Source: an uncultured delta proteobacterium
GTDB taxonomy: Bacteria; Myxococcota_A; Polyangia; Fen-1088
Direction: 5' to 3'
Length of the DNA: 64,000 nucleotides
Assembly: GCA_963737265.1 (NCBI GenBank)
Contig: CAVTRY010000022.1
Span: forward strand, 192,001-256,000
Shown here: positions 1-10,525 of the stretch, one piece after another
How the letters are laid out: every line of letters starts with the position of its first letter
How positions within the stretch are numbered: the stretch's first letter is position 1
Notes under the pieces: generated by a model
Seen by the model: only the letters and a program-made list of their open reading frames with translations
What the model was told of the DNA's origin: nothing
Database searches by the model: none
Translations under genes and position numbers: made by a program

Positions 1-392
1 GTGGTGTGGCCAGCCGGGTGGCCGCGCTGGCGGATCGCCCCGAGGGTTTTCGGCCCGCGCATGCCAAGCCGTTCACGCACCTCGTACCCCTGGTGGAAGT
101 ATTGGGCGAAATCCTTGGCGTGGGATCGTCGTCGGGACGCGTGCGCAGAAGCTACGAGAAGCTGCTGGCGCGCGCGGGGAACGAGATGTCGGTACTGGTG
201 GACTTGCCCGCCGAGGACGCGGATCGGGAGGGGCCGCCGCTTTTGGGCGAGGCCCTGCGCCGCGTGCGCGCGGGCGAGGTAAAGCGCGTCGCCGGATTCG
301 ACGGCGAGTACGGCGTGGTGAGGGTGTTCGACGAACGAGAAGTACCAAGACACCCAAACGGCGACGTGGAGACTTTCGCCAAGGGCTGCTAG
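1..392 (+). CDS. Endonuclease Q / TIGR00375-like PHP-domain protein, C-terminal part (5' end lies outside the window)
   Basis: [11 protein letters not shown]...LVPLVEVL...GNEMSVL...RVRAGEV...GFDGEYG matches the C-terminus of EndoQ/YqxK-like proteins. Confidence 0.75.
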   Translation, partial: GVASRVAALADRPEGFRPAHAKPFTHLVPLVEVLGEILGVGSSSGRVRRSYEKLLARAGNEMSVLVDLPAEDADREGPPLLGEALRRVRAGEVKRVAGFDGEYGVVRVFDEREVPRHPNGDVETFAKGC

Positions 393-2832
393 CTGGCCGG
401 CTTAGCGAACGGCCAGGTCCAATCGGACTCGCTCGGCCGGTCGATGCCCTGTGCGTGAGCGTGGGCGCGGCACTCGAGCTGAATGTTGCGGAAGCGCTCG
501 CGGGCGTGGGCGCCGATGGCGCGCAAGCGCGGCACGCGGTCGATGACGTCGATGGCCAGACTGAACCTATCGACTTCGTTCTGGATCGCGAGCTCCAGCG
601 GCGTGTTGATGTTGCCCTTCTCTTTGTAGCCGCGGACGTGGAGGTTCTTATGGTTGGTGCGGCGGTAGGCCAGGCGGTGAATCAGCCAGGGATAGCCGTG
701 AAAAGCGAAGATGATCGGCCGGTCCTCGGTGAACAGACTGTCGAAATCGCGGTTGGAGAGGCCGTGCGGGTGTTCGCTGTCGGGCTGCAGGCGGAAAAGA
801 TCCACGACATTGACGAAGCGAAGCCTGATGTCCGGAAATTCCTGGCGCAAGAGCGCCGAGGCCGCCAGGGCTTCCTTCGTCGGCACGTCGCCGGCCGAGA
901 CCATCACCACGTCGGGTTCGTGTCCGCCGTCCGTGCTTGCCCATTCCCAAATGCCGATGCCCTTGGTGCAGTGGCGGATGGCGGATTCCATGTCGAGGTA
1001 TTGCAGGTGCTTCTGCTTGTCGGCCACGATGACGTTGATGTAATTGCGGCTGCGCAGGCAGTGATCGGCCACCGACAGAAGGCAATTGGCGTCTGGGGGA
1101 AGGTAGATGCGCGTGACGGACGCGCTCTTGTTGACCACCAAATCGAGGAAACCGGGGTCTTGGTGGGTAAAGCCGTTGTGATCCTGCCGCCACACCGTGG
1201 AGGTAATGAGCAGGTTCAGCGACGCCAGCTCGGCACGCCAGGGCAAGTGACTGGCGCTCTCCAGCCACTTGGCGTGCTGGTTAAACATGGAATCGATCAC
1301 GTGCACGAAGGCCTCGTAGGTCGAGAAGAAACCATGCCGGCCAGTCAGGAGGTAGCCCTCCAACCAGCCTTCGAGCGTGTGCTCGGACAGCATCTCCATC
1401 ACGCGCCCGTCGGTGGCAAGCTCGGCGCCGTCGCCGTCCTCGGGCAGCGGCTCGGCCATCCAGCACTTCTTGGTCACGGCGTACACGGCGTCGAGCTTGT
1501 TCGAGGTGTTTTCGTCCGGACCGAAGAGGCGGAAGTTGGACGGGTTGGCGGCCATGGTGTCGCGCAGAAACAGACCGAGCGGTCGCGTATTTTCCGCGGT
1601 CGTCTGGCCCTGGAACCACATCGGTCACGGCAAATTCGCAAAAATCCGGCAGGCGCAGATCCTTGCGCAGAAGACCGCCGTTGGCGTGGGGATTGGAACC
1701 TATGCGCCGGCTGCCCTTGGGCGGCAGGTCGCGCAGCTCGGGGGCCAGGCGACCGTCGCGGTCGAACAGCTCGTCGGGTTTGTAGCTCTGCAGCCAGTTT
1801 TCCAGCAGCTTCAAGTTCTCGGGCTTGCTGGTCACGTCGGCGATCGGCACCTGGTGCGCGCGCCACGTGCCCGCGACCTTGTGCCCGTTCACCAGCGCCG
1901 GGCCGGTCCAGCCCTTGGGCGAGCGCAGAACGATCATCGGCCAGCGCGGGCGCACCGCCACGCCCGAGCTGCGCGCCTCCGATTGAATGCGCTGGATGTC
2001 CTCGACCGCGTGGTTCAAGGTCGCCGCCATCGCCTGGTGCATGCTCGCCGGATCGGAGCCTTCGACGAACAGTGGCTGCCAGCCGTAGCCATGCATGAGA
2101 CTGACCAGCTCCTCGCGGGGAATGCGCGCAAGGATGGTCGGGTTGTTGATCTTGTAGCCGTTCAAATTGAGGATGGGCAGCACGGCGCCGTCGCGAATGG
2201 GATTGAGAAACTTGTTGCTGTGCCAGGAGGTGGCCAGCGGTCCCGTTTCGGCCTCGCCGTCGCCGACCACCACCGCAACGATCAGACCGGGGTTGTCGAA
2301 GGCCGCGCCGAACGCATGCGAGATGCTGTAGCCGAGCTCGCCGCCTTCGTGGATCGAGCCCGGCGTTTCGGGCGTGCAGTGACTGCCGATGCCGCCGGGA
2401 AAGGAAAACTGCATGAAGAAGCGCTGCAAGCCGCGCAGGTCTTGGCTGCGATCCGGGTAGACGTCGCTATAGGAGCCTTCGAGGTACACCGGTCCGAGCA
2501 CGCCGGGCGCGCCGTGGCCCGGCCCGGCCAGATAGATGACGTCGAGGTCGTACTCGCGAATGGCGCGGTTGAGGTGGGTGTAGATGAAGCTCGAGCGCCG
2601 GGCTCGACCCCCAATGGCCAAGCAAGCGTTTCTTGATGTGCTCGGGGGCGAGCGGCTCGCGCAACAGCGGATTGTCGCGCAGATAGATCATGCCGGCCGC
2701 GAGGTAGTTGCACGCGCGCCAGAAGCCATCGATGCGCGCCAGTGCCTCCGGCGAAAGGGGCGTTCCACTGATGGTGGACTTCGCCGGTCCGAAGGCGCGC
2801 ATTCCGACCAATTCGTTCTTTTCGTGTGCCAT
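389..2832 (-). CDS. xfp: Phosphoketolase (XFP), split by two +1 frameshifts (~2592, ~1608)
   Basis: [19 protein letters not shown] in ORF 2467-3174; [21 protein letters not shown] in ORF 1281-2621; [12 protein letters not shown] in ORF 389-1621. Confidence 0.93.
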
Positions 2833-2923
2833 GGTTTCCTCTGCTGGGTGGTGGCGGCCCGGATAGTAACGTAAGTTAGTCGCCGTGGCGTAGCAGGTTT
2901 GCACACCGTAGACTACCGCCGTT

Positions 2924-3586
2924 ATGAACCGACAATTCCTCCTCATTATTCCGCTCGGCGCGGCTTTTTTCGCCCTCGCCTGCAAACGCGACGAAACGCC
3001 ACCGCCGCTCGCGACACCACCCCAACCGTCATTTGAGGCCCAAGCCAACCAGGCCCAAGCCCAGCGGCAAATGCTGAATCCGGGACTACCGCCCGGGCAT
3101 CCGGCACTGCCGATGGATCCGAAGGACATGCCGAACATTCCGCCTCCTCCCGCGCCCGCCGGGGACGAGGCCATTCAATGGGATCTGCCCAAGGGCTGGA
3201 CCGAGGCGCGTCCCGGCGGCATGCGTTTCGCCACCTTGAAACCGACCGCCACGGGAAAGGTCGATGTCAGCGTGATCATGTTGCCCGGCACCGCGGGCGG
3301 CGAGCTTGGCAACGTCAACCGCTGGCGCGGCCAGATCGGCCTTCCGCCTGTCGACGAGGCCGGGCGCGCGCAAATCCGCAAAGAGGTGAAGTCCAAGGCC
3401 GGCTCCATCTCGCTCTACGATTTTGCCAGCGATGGGCCCGACAAACAGCACATGATCGCCGGCTTGCTCGTCGCCGATGGCAAGAGTTGGTTCGTCAAGA
3501 TGGTTGGCGACAACGGTCCCGTCGAGGCGTCGCGCGCGGATTTCGTGAAGCTGCTGGGCACCCTGCACTTTCCGGCGAGCAAGTAG
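2924..3586 (+). CDS. Hypothetical lipoprotein with Pro-rich linker
   Basis: Lipobox ALAC; globular domain WDLPKGW...NVNRWRGQIG; clean ORF with high-GC codon usage. Confidence 0.7.
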   Translation: MNRQFLLIIPLGAAFFALACKRDETPPPLATPPQPSFEAQANQAQAQRQMLNPGLPPGHPALPMDPKDMPNIPPPPAPAGDEAIQWDLPKGWTEARPGGMRFATLKPTATGKVDVSVIMLPGTAGGELGNVNRWRGQIGLPPVDEAGRAQIRKEVKSKAGSISLYDFASDGPDKQHMIAGLLVADGKSWFVKMVGDNGPVEASRADFVKLLGTLHFPASK

Positions 3587-3589
3587 CCC

Positions 3590-3973
3590 GTGGACCCGAA
3601 GGTTCTAGAACAACAGCGTGTTCTCGCGCGCGGGACCGGCATTACCAGCGCGCGCCGGCACATCTTCCTGTGCTGCGATCAAACCGTCCCCAAGTGCTGC
3701 GACAAGGTTCGCGGCAACGCCGCTTGGGACTATTTGAAAAGGCGCCTCAGGGAGCTGGGCCTTTCCGATCAAGGCGGCGTGCTGCGCACCAAAGCCAACT
3801 GTCTGCGCATTTGCCAGGGCGGTCCCATCGCCGTGGTCTACCCCGAAGGCGCCTGGTACCACTCCTGCGATCCACCCGTGCTCGAGCGCATCGTGCAAGA
3901 ACACATCATCGGCGGCAAGGTCGTGCAGGAGTTCCTCATCGTGGAGAGGTCGCTGGACGGGCAGGTTGGGTGA
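3590..3973 (+). CDS. Thioredoxin-like (2Fe-2S) ferredoxin
   Basis: HIFLCC...KCC...[23 protein letters not shown]. Confidence 0.88.
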   Translation: MDPKVLEQQRVLARGTGITSARRHIFLCCDQTVPKCCDKVRGNAAWDYLKRRLRELGLSDQGGVLRTKANCLRICQGGPIAVVYPEGAWYHSCDPPVLERIVQEHIIGGKVVQEFLIVERSLDGQVG

Positions 3974-4131
3974 AGCAGTAGCCACGGAGAACGATCTCGG
4001 CGAAGGAAATGCGACACCGCTGTAGCGGACCTGTCGCTTCACGCGTTGAAAACGCACCGGAATTCAGGGTGGCTCATCGCTTGCGAACGAACTGCAGACG
4101 AACTGTGCGCTTATTGCCTAACCTTCCAGCT

Positions 4132-4638
4132 TTTCAGGGGACGAACTTCACGGCCGTTTCGCTGCCCTACGCCGACATCCGCCTATCGATGTTGGTGGTA
4201 GTGCCGGACGCCGGCCAGTTCGGCCAGGTCGAAGGGTCGATGAACGCGCCTGCCCTGCAGACGCTCGTGGCCGTGCTGAACGCCAAGACTGTCGCCGTCG
4301 GCTTGCCTCGCTTCAGGATTGAGACAGCGACAAGCCTGAAGGATTCGCTTCAGACGCTGGGCATGACATCGGCCTTCGTTTCCGGCAGCGCCGACTTCTC
4401 GGGCATGGACGGCACGCGCGACCTCTTCATCTCTACTGTCGTTCACAAGGCCTTCATCGACGTAGCTGAGAACGGCACCGCGGCGGCAGCCGCCACAGGG
4501 GTCGTCTTCAAAGATGCCGGCATGCTCGCGGTGGATCTTTCCGTTTGGGCGGACCGTCCCTTCCTGTATTTCCTGCGTGACGAACCCACGGGCGCCATCG
4601 TCTTCATGGGCCGCGTCCTGGATCCCAGCCAGAACTGA
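4132..4638 (+). pseudogene. Serpin family protein, C-terminal fragment only
   Basis: LPRFRIE, ADFSGM, VVHKAFIDVAENGTAAAAATG hinge, ADRPFLYFLRD..GAIVFMGRV; N-terminal half and signal peptide absent. Confidence 0.7.
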
Positions 4639-4784
4639 CCGACCGACCAACGAATTCCTGGAAATGGCGCTGGACAAGGCCTGGGCGGTTGCAAAACCGG
4701 ACACTGGCCGGGCCCTGGACGGGGCGGTGGACGGGTTTTGGCCTGGCCTTGCCGCCAGCGCGCCATTTTCCGTCCAAACGCGGT

Positions 4785-4799
4785 TGGCATTGTTCTCGC
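4785..4799 (+). promoter_or_regulatory. Putative sigma54 -24/-12 promoter of comM
   Basis: TGGCATTGTTCTCGC = GG-N10-GC, 13 nt upstream of the GTG start. Confidence 0.45.
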
Positions 4800-4812
4800 T
4801 ACAGCGAGACGT

Positions 4813-6319
4813 GTGCTTGCTCATGTGCTCTCCGCGACCGTCGTCGGCATCGAAGCCGCGCCCATCCATGTTGAAGTGGATGTGGCCAACGGGCTTCCCG
4901 GTTGTCACATCGTCGGCCTGCCCGATGCGGGCGTGAAAGAAGGGCGCGTTCGCATTCGTGGCGCGCTTGAAAACAGCGGCTTCAAGTTTCCGTTGCGCCG
5001 AATCACCGTGAACCTGGCGCCGGCGGATCTGCGCAAGGATGGCGCGGCCTTCGACGTTCCCATCGCCGTTGGAATCCTGGCGGCGGCGGGCGCGATTCCT
5101 CCCGAGGTCAACGAGAATTCCCTCTTCGTCGGCGAGTTGGCCCTCGACGGTCGCGTGCGCCCGGTGCGGGGCGTGCTGCCGATGGCGGCGTACGCACGGG
5201 CCCGGGCGATTTCGCGCCTGTTCGTGCCGCGCGAGAATGCGCCCGAGGCTACGGTGGTGGGCGGGCAGTGCTCGGTCTTTCCCATCGGACACTTGGGCGA
5301 GCTCGTGGATGCCCTACAAAGCCAGACCCCGCCGTCCGAGCCGGTGGCACCGACGGCCTTCCTTCCCTCGGCCAGCGCCGATCTGGCGGACATTCGCGGT
5401 CAGGAAGTCGCACGCCGGGCGCTCGAGATCGCGGCTTCTGGCGGCCACAACATCCTGTTCGTGGGCCCGCCTGGATCGGGCAAGACCATGCTGGCGCGCC
5501 GCCTGCCCGGAATTCTGCCCGCGCTGTCCTTCGACGAATCGCTGGAAACCACCATGGTGTATTCCGTCGCCGGGATGCTCGCCGGGCGATCGCTGGTCAC
5601 CGAGCGTCCTTTCCGCGCGCCCCACCACACGGTCAGCGTGGCCGGCCTGGCCGGTGGCGGACCGGCGGTGCGGCCGGGCGAGATCTCGCTGGCCCACAAC
5701 GGCGTGCTTTTTCTCGACGAGCTGCTGGAGTTTGCCCGACCGGTGCTCGAGGCACTTCGGCAGCCGCTCGAAGGAGCGCGAAATCGCGGTCGTGCGCGCT
5801 CGCCGCACCGTGGTTTTCCCGGCGGACTTCATGCTGGTGGCGGCGCTCAATCCCTGCCCGTGTGGACACCTTGGCAATCGTCTGCGCACCTGCACCTGCT
5901 CGCAGCTGGCCATCAGTCGCTACCGGGCCAAGTTGTCGGGTCCCTTGCTCGACCGCATCGACATGCACGTCGAGGTTCCCGCCCTCACCTATCGCGAGCT
6001 GATGGGAAAGGAGGCGGGAGAAGCCACCCCGGCGGTGCGGGCCCGCGTCGAGCAAACGCGGAGCCGGCAGCGCGACCGCGGGCCCCGTTCGAATGCGCGC
6101 CTGTCCACGCCCGACCTGTCACGCGTGGCCGCCCTGGATGGCGACGGACATCGCATCCTCGAACGCGCGGTGGAGCGTCTGGCCCTGTCCGCGCGAGCCA
6201 TCGAACGCGTGCGCCGCCTGGCGCGGACCATCGCGGACATGGAAGGCAGCGCGGACATGCGTGGCCCGCACGTGGCCGAAGCGCTGCAGTACCGGGTCTT
6301 GGATAAGGAGGCTAGTTAG
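4813..6319 (+). CDS. comM: YifB/ComM Mg-chelatase-like AAA ATPase, +1 frameshift at ~5773
   Basis: [56 protein letters not shown]; continues in another frame with [16 protein letters not shown]. Confidence 0.92.
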
Positions 6320-6791
6320 ATGTTCACCACAGAGTGCACAGAGGGCGCAGAGGACGGAGAGGAAGGGTTGAATCGGATCTCCCACGCGGTGATTGGTGCG
6401 GCGATCGAGGTCCATCGGCAGTTGGGCCCGGGGTTGTTGGAGTCGGCTTACGAGGCCTGTCTCGAGTTTGAGCTGACGGCTCAAGGTCACGGTGTTGACA
6501 AGCAGAAACCCCTTCCCGTCACGTACAAGGGCACTCCCATTGACTGCCTGTATCGGCTCGACTTGGTCGTTGGCGGGCTTGTGGTCGTTGAGATCAAAGC
6601 CGTCGAGAACCTCCTTCCCGTACACCAAGCCAAAATCCTCTCCTACCTCAAGCTCTCCGGCCTTCCCCTGGGCCTACTCATCAACTTTCATGGCGCGACC
6701 TTGAAGGAGGGAGTGCGCCGCTTCCAATCCCTTCAACCCTTTTCCGTGTCCTCTGCGTCCTCTGTGCCCTCTGTGGTGAAAAACAGCTAAC
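6315..6791. repeat. Imperfect inverted repeat enclosing the GxxExxY ORF, built from 9-nt CACAGAG-type units
   Basis: 6323-6355 vs reverse complement of 6748-6780: 31/33 identical; also 6363-6372 with 6732-6741 (10/10) and 6315-6324 with 6782-6791 (9/10). Confidence 0.9.
6320..6790 (+). CDS. GxxExxY protein (PD-(D/E)xK nuclease-like)
   Basis: [20 protein letters not shown]; RLDLVV..VVEIK; GLLINF. Confidence 0.92.
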   Translation: MFTTECTEGAEDGEEGLNRISHAVIGAAIEVHRQLGPGLLESAYEACLEFELTAQGHGVDKQKPLPVTYKGTPIDCLYRLDLVVGGLVVVEIKAVENLLPVHQAKILSYLKLSGLPLGLLINFHGATLKEGVRRFQSLQPFSVSSASSVPSVVKNS

Positions 6792-6804
6792 AAAGGAGAT
6801 GCCC

Positions 6805-7851
6805 ATGTCCACAATCAAAGAAAAGATGAAAGCAGTATCCACGGCCGTCGCGGCCATCGAAAAGCAATTCGGCAAAGGCGCCATCATGTCCTTGGGTGGC
6901 GGAGAAACCGAAGACATCGCCGTGATTCCCACCGGCTCGGTGGGCCTTGACCTCGCCCTGGGCGTGGGCGGACTGCCCCGCGGGCGCGTGGTGGAAATCT
7001 ACGGACCTGAGTCTTCGGGCAAGACCACGCTCACTTTGCACGCCATCGCCCAGGCCCAAAAAGCCGGCGGCATCTGCGCCTTCATCGACGCCGAGCACGC
7101 CCTCGACGTTGCCTATGCGCGTAAGCTCGGAGTGCGCATCGAGGATCTGCTCGTCTCCCAACCCGACAACGGCGAGCAAGCGCTGGAGATCGCCGACAAG
7201 CTGGTCGGCACGGGCGCGGTAGATCTGATCGTCGTCGACTCCGTCGCGGCGCTGGTTCCCAAGGCTGAAATCGAAGGCGAGATGGGCGATGCGCACATGG
7301 GGTTGCAGGCGCGCCTGATGAGTCAGGCCCTGCGCAAGCTCACCGCCGCCACCAGTCGCAACGCAACTTGTGTTGTGTTCATCAACCAGCTTCGCCAGAA
7401 AATCGGCGTGGTGTACGGCAATCCGGAAACCACGACCGGCGGCAACGCGCTAAAGTTCTACGCCAGCGTGCGCCTCGACATCCGCAAGACCGGCACGGTC
7501 AAGAACGGCGAGCAGGTGGTGGGCAACAAAACGCGCGTGAAGGTGGTGAAGAACAAGATGGCGCCGCCTTTCCGCGAGTGCGAATTCGAAATCTTGTACG
7601 GCGCCGGTATCTGTTCGGTCGGCGAAATCGTGGATCTGGCCAGCGAAGCCGGCCTCATCGAAAAGTCCGGCGCCTACTACGCCTGGAACGGCGAGCGCAT
7701 TGCCCAGGGCCGCGACAAGGCCTGCCAGTATTTGTCCGACCATGCGGCCCTGGCGGACGAGCTGCGCGAAAAGCTGATCGCCCTGCGCAAGGCCGAAAAC
7801 GCCCGTCTGGGGGCGCCGGTTGCGGCGGCGAGCGAGAGCGTGGCTGCGTAG
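6805..7851 (+). CDS. recA: Recombinase RecA
   Basis: [45 protein letters not shown]; RBS AAGGAG at 6793-6798. Confidence 0.99.
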   Translation: MSTIKEKMKAVSTAVAAIEKQFGKGAIMSLGGGETEDIAVIPTGSVGLDLALGVGGLPRGRVVEIYGPESSGKTTLTLHAIAQAQKAGGICAFIDAEHALDVAYARKLGVRIEDLLVSQPDNGEQALEIADKLVGTGAVDLIVVDSVAALVPKAEIEGEMGDAHMGLQARLMSQALRKLTAATSRNATCVVFINQLRQKIGVVYGNPETTTGGNALKFYASVRLDIRKTGTVKNGEQVVGNKTRVKVVKNKMAPPFRECEFEILYGAGICSVGEIVDLASEAGLIEKSGAYYAWNGERIAQGRDKACQYLSDHAALADELREKLIALRKAENARLGAPVAAASESVAA

Positions 7852-7899
7852 ACTCAAAGATGGGACCAGGCGCCGATCTCCTGCGACCAACGACGCGGA

Positions 7900-8069
7900 G
7901 AGGAAGGGGAGGAAGGAAGGAATCGGATCTATCGAGCGGTGAGTGGTGCGTCGATCGAATGCTCATCACCTTTCGCGGCGCGACCTTGAAAGAGGGTGCA
8001 CGCCGTTTCCGATCCATTCAATCCCTTTGCGCGACCTCGGCATTCTCTGTGCCCTCTGTGGTGAAAAAC
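7900..8069 (+). pseudogene. Internally deleted second copy of the GxxExxY element
   Basis: 7920-7958 matches 6370-6408 (33/39 nt; EEGEEGRNRIYRAVSGASIE vs [20 protein letters not shown]) and is fused directly to a copy of ~6675-6784 ([24 protein letters not shown]). Confidence 0.85.
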
Positions 8070-8091
8070 GGCCAACTAGAAGAAGCGTGAG

Positions 8092-8230
8092 CAGGTCCCG
8101 TTTGGCCCGGCGCACTGTCGAGGAGTTACTAGCCCGCGTTCAAGGAGCTCCATTTTTCTGTCACCTCCCACAGCCTGTCGGCATCCGATAGGCGTTCACA
8201 GCAGATTTCGTCTGGACCAAACGGGACCTG
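8092..8230. repeat. 17-bp inverted repeat pair upstream of the DHOD-like gene
   Basis: CAGGTCCCGTTTGGCCC (8092-8108) vs GGACCAAACGGGACCTG (8214-8230), 16/17 complementary. Confidence 0.6.
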
Positions 8231-8257
8231 GCCAGTCCCATCCACGAGGAGGGCTCC

Positions 8258-9244
8258 ATGTCTGAGTTACGAACGAGCTACATGGGTATTCCGCTAGCCA
8301 ACCCCATCATGGTTGGCTCATCGCCGCTTTCGACACGCGTCGAAAACATCAAGGCCATGGAGGACGCCGGTGCTGGCGCCGTGGTGTTGAAGTCGCTCTT
8401 CGAAGAGCAGGTTCGCATCGACGCGGAAGCCTTCGAACGCGATCTGGCAGAGCACGATGACACCTCAGCGGAAGCAACCTCGATGTTTCCGCACCTGCAA
8501 CACGCTGGGACGCGGACGCACGTTCACTGGGTTTCGGAGGCACGCAAAGCGGTGAAGATTCCCCTCATCGCCAGCATCAATTGCGTGACCAAGGTGCAAT
8601 GGGCGGAATACGCCAAGGCCCTGGAGGGCGTGGGCGTGGATGGCCTGGAGCTGAACCTTTATTCGCCGGCGCACGATGTGAGCACCACTGCGGCCGAGAT
8701 CGAAGGGCGCGAGCTCGACATCTTGAACGAGGTTCGCAACGCCGTTCGCATTCCGATTGGCGTGAAGTTGCACCCGTTCTATACCAACCTCCTGAATGTA
8801 GTTTCCCGCTTTGAAGAAGCAGGCGCCGATGGATTCGTCCTGTTCAACCGTCTGTTCCAGCCTGACATCGACGTGGACGCCGAAGTGAAGAGGGCGCGCT
8901 ACCACGAAACCACTTGGCGCGACTCTCTGCTGCCGTTGCGCTGGATCGCCCTGTTGTCGAACCGGATCCGGGCCGGCATCGCAGCCAGCACCGGCATCAC
9001 CACGGGTCGCGACATGGCCAAGATGCTGTTGGCCGGCGCACGCGCCACGCAAGTGGTCGGCGTGCTTCTGCGCGAAAAGCCGGCCTACATCGGCAAGATG
9101 CTAACCGAGCTGACCGGCTGGATGGATCTGCACAGGTACAAGAACATCGAGGATTTTCGCGGCAAGCTCGCGCGGATCAGTCCAAGCGACACCTGGACAT
9201 TCAGCGCCGGGCAATATGTTCAAGGTCTTGTTGGTCTCGGCTGA
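8258..9244 (+). CDS. Dihydroorotate dehydrogenase-like protein
   Basis: TSYMG..LANP..SSPL, GAGAVVLKSLFEEQ, LELN, VKLHPFY, LFNRLFQPDID, MLLAGA. Confidence 0.88.
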   Translation: MSELRTSYMGIPLANPIMVGSSPLSTRVENIKAMEDAGAGAVVLKSLFEEQVRIDAEAFERDLAEHDDTSAEATSMFPHLQHAGTRTHVHWVSEARKAVKIPLIASINCVTKVQWAEYAKALEGVGVDGLELNLYSPAHDVSTTAAEIEGRELDILNEVRNAVRIPIGVKLHPFYTNLLNVVSRFEEAGADGFVLFNRLFQPDIDVDAEVKRARYHETTWRDSLLPLRWIALLSNRIRAGIAASTGITTGRDMAKMLLAGARATQVVGVLLREKPAYIGKMLTELTGWMDLHRYKNIEDFRGKLARISPSDTWTFSAGQYVQGLVGLG

Positions 9245-9466
9245 CGCCGTCCCCTCGGAGTGGGTGGCGACAACCAGAAAGGAGCTGTATCTGTAACTAA
9301 GGTGGAAGTGGGGCCCTCCGTACTTGGCATCCGTTTGGTCCACGGAAGAGAGCCTGCCGAGTACGGAGGGCCAATTGTAATCGTGCGGAAGTTGCAGAGA
9401 GCGGGCAGGGGGCGCGCGTTCCTTCGGGATGGCGCGCCCTTCGTCTATGCGGCGGACTGCGGAAGT

Positions 9467-10525
9467 TTAACCCCAGCGGAAGTAGCGTAAGCCGAGAAAG
9501 AACGCGGGCCCGCCCCACAGCGCGAGGATAAGCAGAGACGGCAACACGCCGACGATTCCGGCACCGTCGATCATGACCGCCCGCAAGCCGTCGCACATCG
9601 CAGTCAGGGGCAAGAGGCGAATCACGGGCTGCACCACATCGGGAAAATTGCTGGAGGAAAAGAACACGCCCGAGGTGATGAACATGGGCATCATCACCAG
9701 GTTCATGAGCCCGCTTACAGTCTCGGTGTTCTGGGCGCGGCTGGCAACGCCGATGGCGATGGACGCGAAACAGGCGCTGCCGCCGAAGGCCACCGCCAGC
9801 AACGCCAGATAGGAACCCGTCACCTGCACGCCGAAGAAGACGCGCGAGAACAGCAAGATAATGACGAGCTCGACGGGAATCACCACCAGTCGGGCGAGGC
9901 CGAGCGAAAACATGAGATGCCGCCGGCGCATCGGCGCGGCCAGCAGGCGCTTGAGCAACTTGCGTACGCGCATATGGACAACCACCCAGCCGATGCCCCA
10001 CATCGATCCCGACATCAGGTTCATGGCGATGAGACCCGGAATCAGAAAGTCGATGTAGCGCGAACCAGGCTCGTGCTCTTCCTCGTCGCGCACCGGGCGC
10101 GGTTCGCGCTGACCGGCAGCACGCTGCAAAACACCGTTGACAGTTGCGCGTGCGTTGCGCGACTCGGGCCGCGAGGGATCGAAACGATAGGTCAGCGCCT
10201 GCCCCGGCCCAGCCGGCGGAACCAGCAGCAAGCTCACGCGCCCGGCGCGCAGCTCGGTCGCCGCCGCGACGGCGTCGAGATCCTTGATTCGCACGTTGGC
10301 ATCGACCAGCGCCCGGTGCACCTCGGGCGAGGTTCCGGGTAGCACCGCCACCACCACCGCATCGGGGCCGCGCGCGCGAAAAGCAATCCCCAGCGCCAAC
10401 GACAGCACCACCGGAAAGCCGAAGGCCCAGAACAGAACGCCCGGTTCGCGTCCCATCTCGCGCAAACGCATAAGCGTGAGCTGGACGATTGGATGTGGGC
10501 GCGGGTTCGGCGAATCAGCTGTCAC
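9467..10525 (-). CDS. ABC-2 type transporter permease
   Basis: REPGVLFWAFGFP, YIDFLIPGL, SGVFFS..NFP..LPLT; six hydrophobic segments. Confidence 0.9.
   Translation of the reverse strand: MTADSPNPRPHPIVQLTLMRLREMGREPGVLFWAFGFPVVLSLALGIAFRARGPDAVVVAVLPGTSPEVHRALVDANVRIKDLDAVAAATELRAGRVSLLLVPPAGPGQALTYRFDPSRPESRNARATVNGVLQRAAGQREPRPVRDEEEHEPGSRYIDFLIPGLIAMNLMSGSMWGIGWVVVHMRVRKLLKRLLAAPMRRRHLMFSLGLARLVVIPVELVIILLFSRVFFGVQVTGSYLALLAVAFGGSACFASIAIGVASRAQNTETVSGLMNLVMMPMFITSGVFFSSSNFPDVVQPVIRLLPLTAMCDGLRAVMIDGAGIVGVLPSLLILALWGGPAFFLGLRYFRWG

Noticed and set aside
5760-5790. Programmed ribosomal frameshift in comM (or hemC, xfp)
   Set aside because: No slippery heptamer or long homopolymer; the same +1 pattern across unrelated genes points to sequencing error.
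6674-8069. GxxExxY 3' end and its downstream copy as a DGR template/variable repeat pair
   Set aside because: Mismatches involve all four bases rather than only adenines, and there is no reverse transcriptase in the window.
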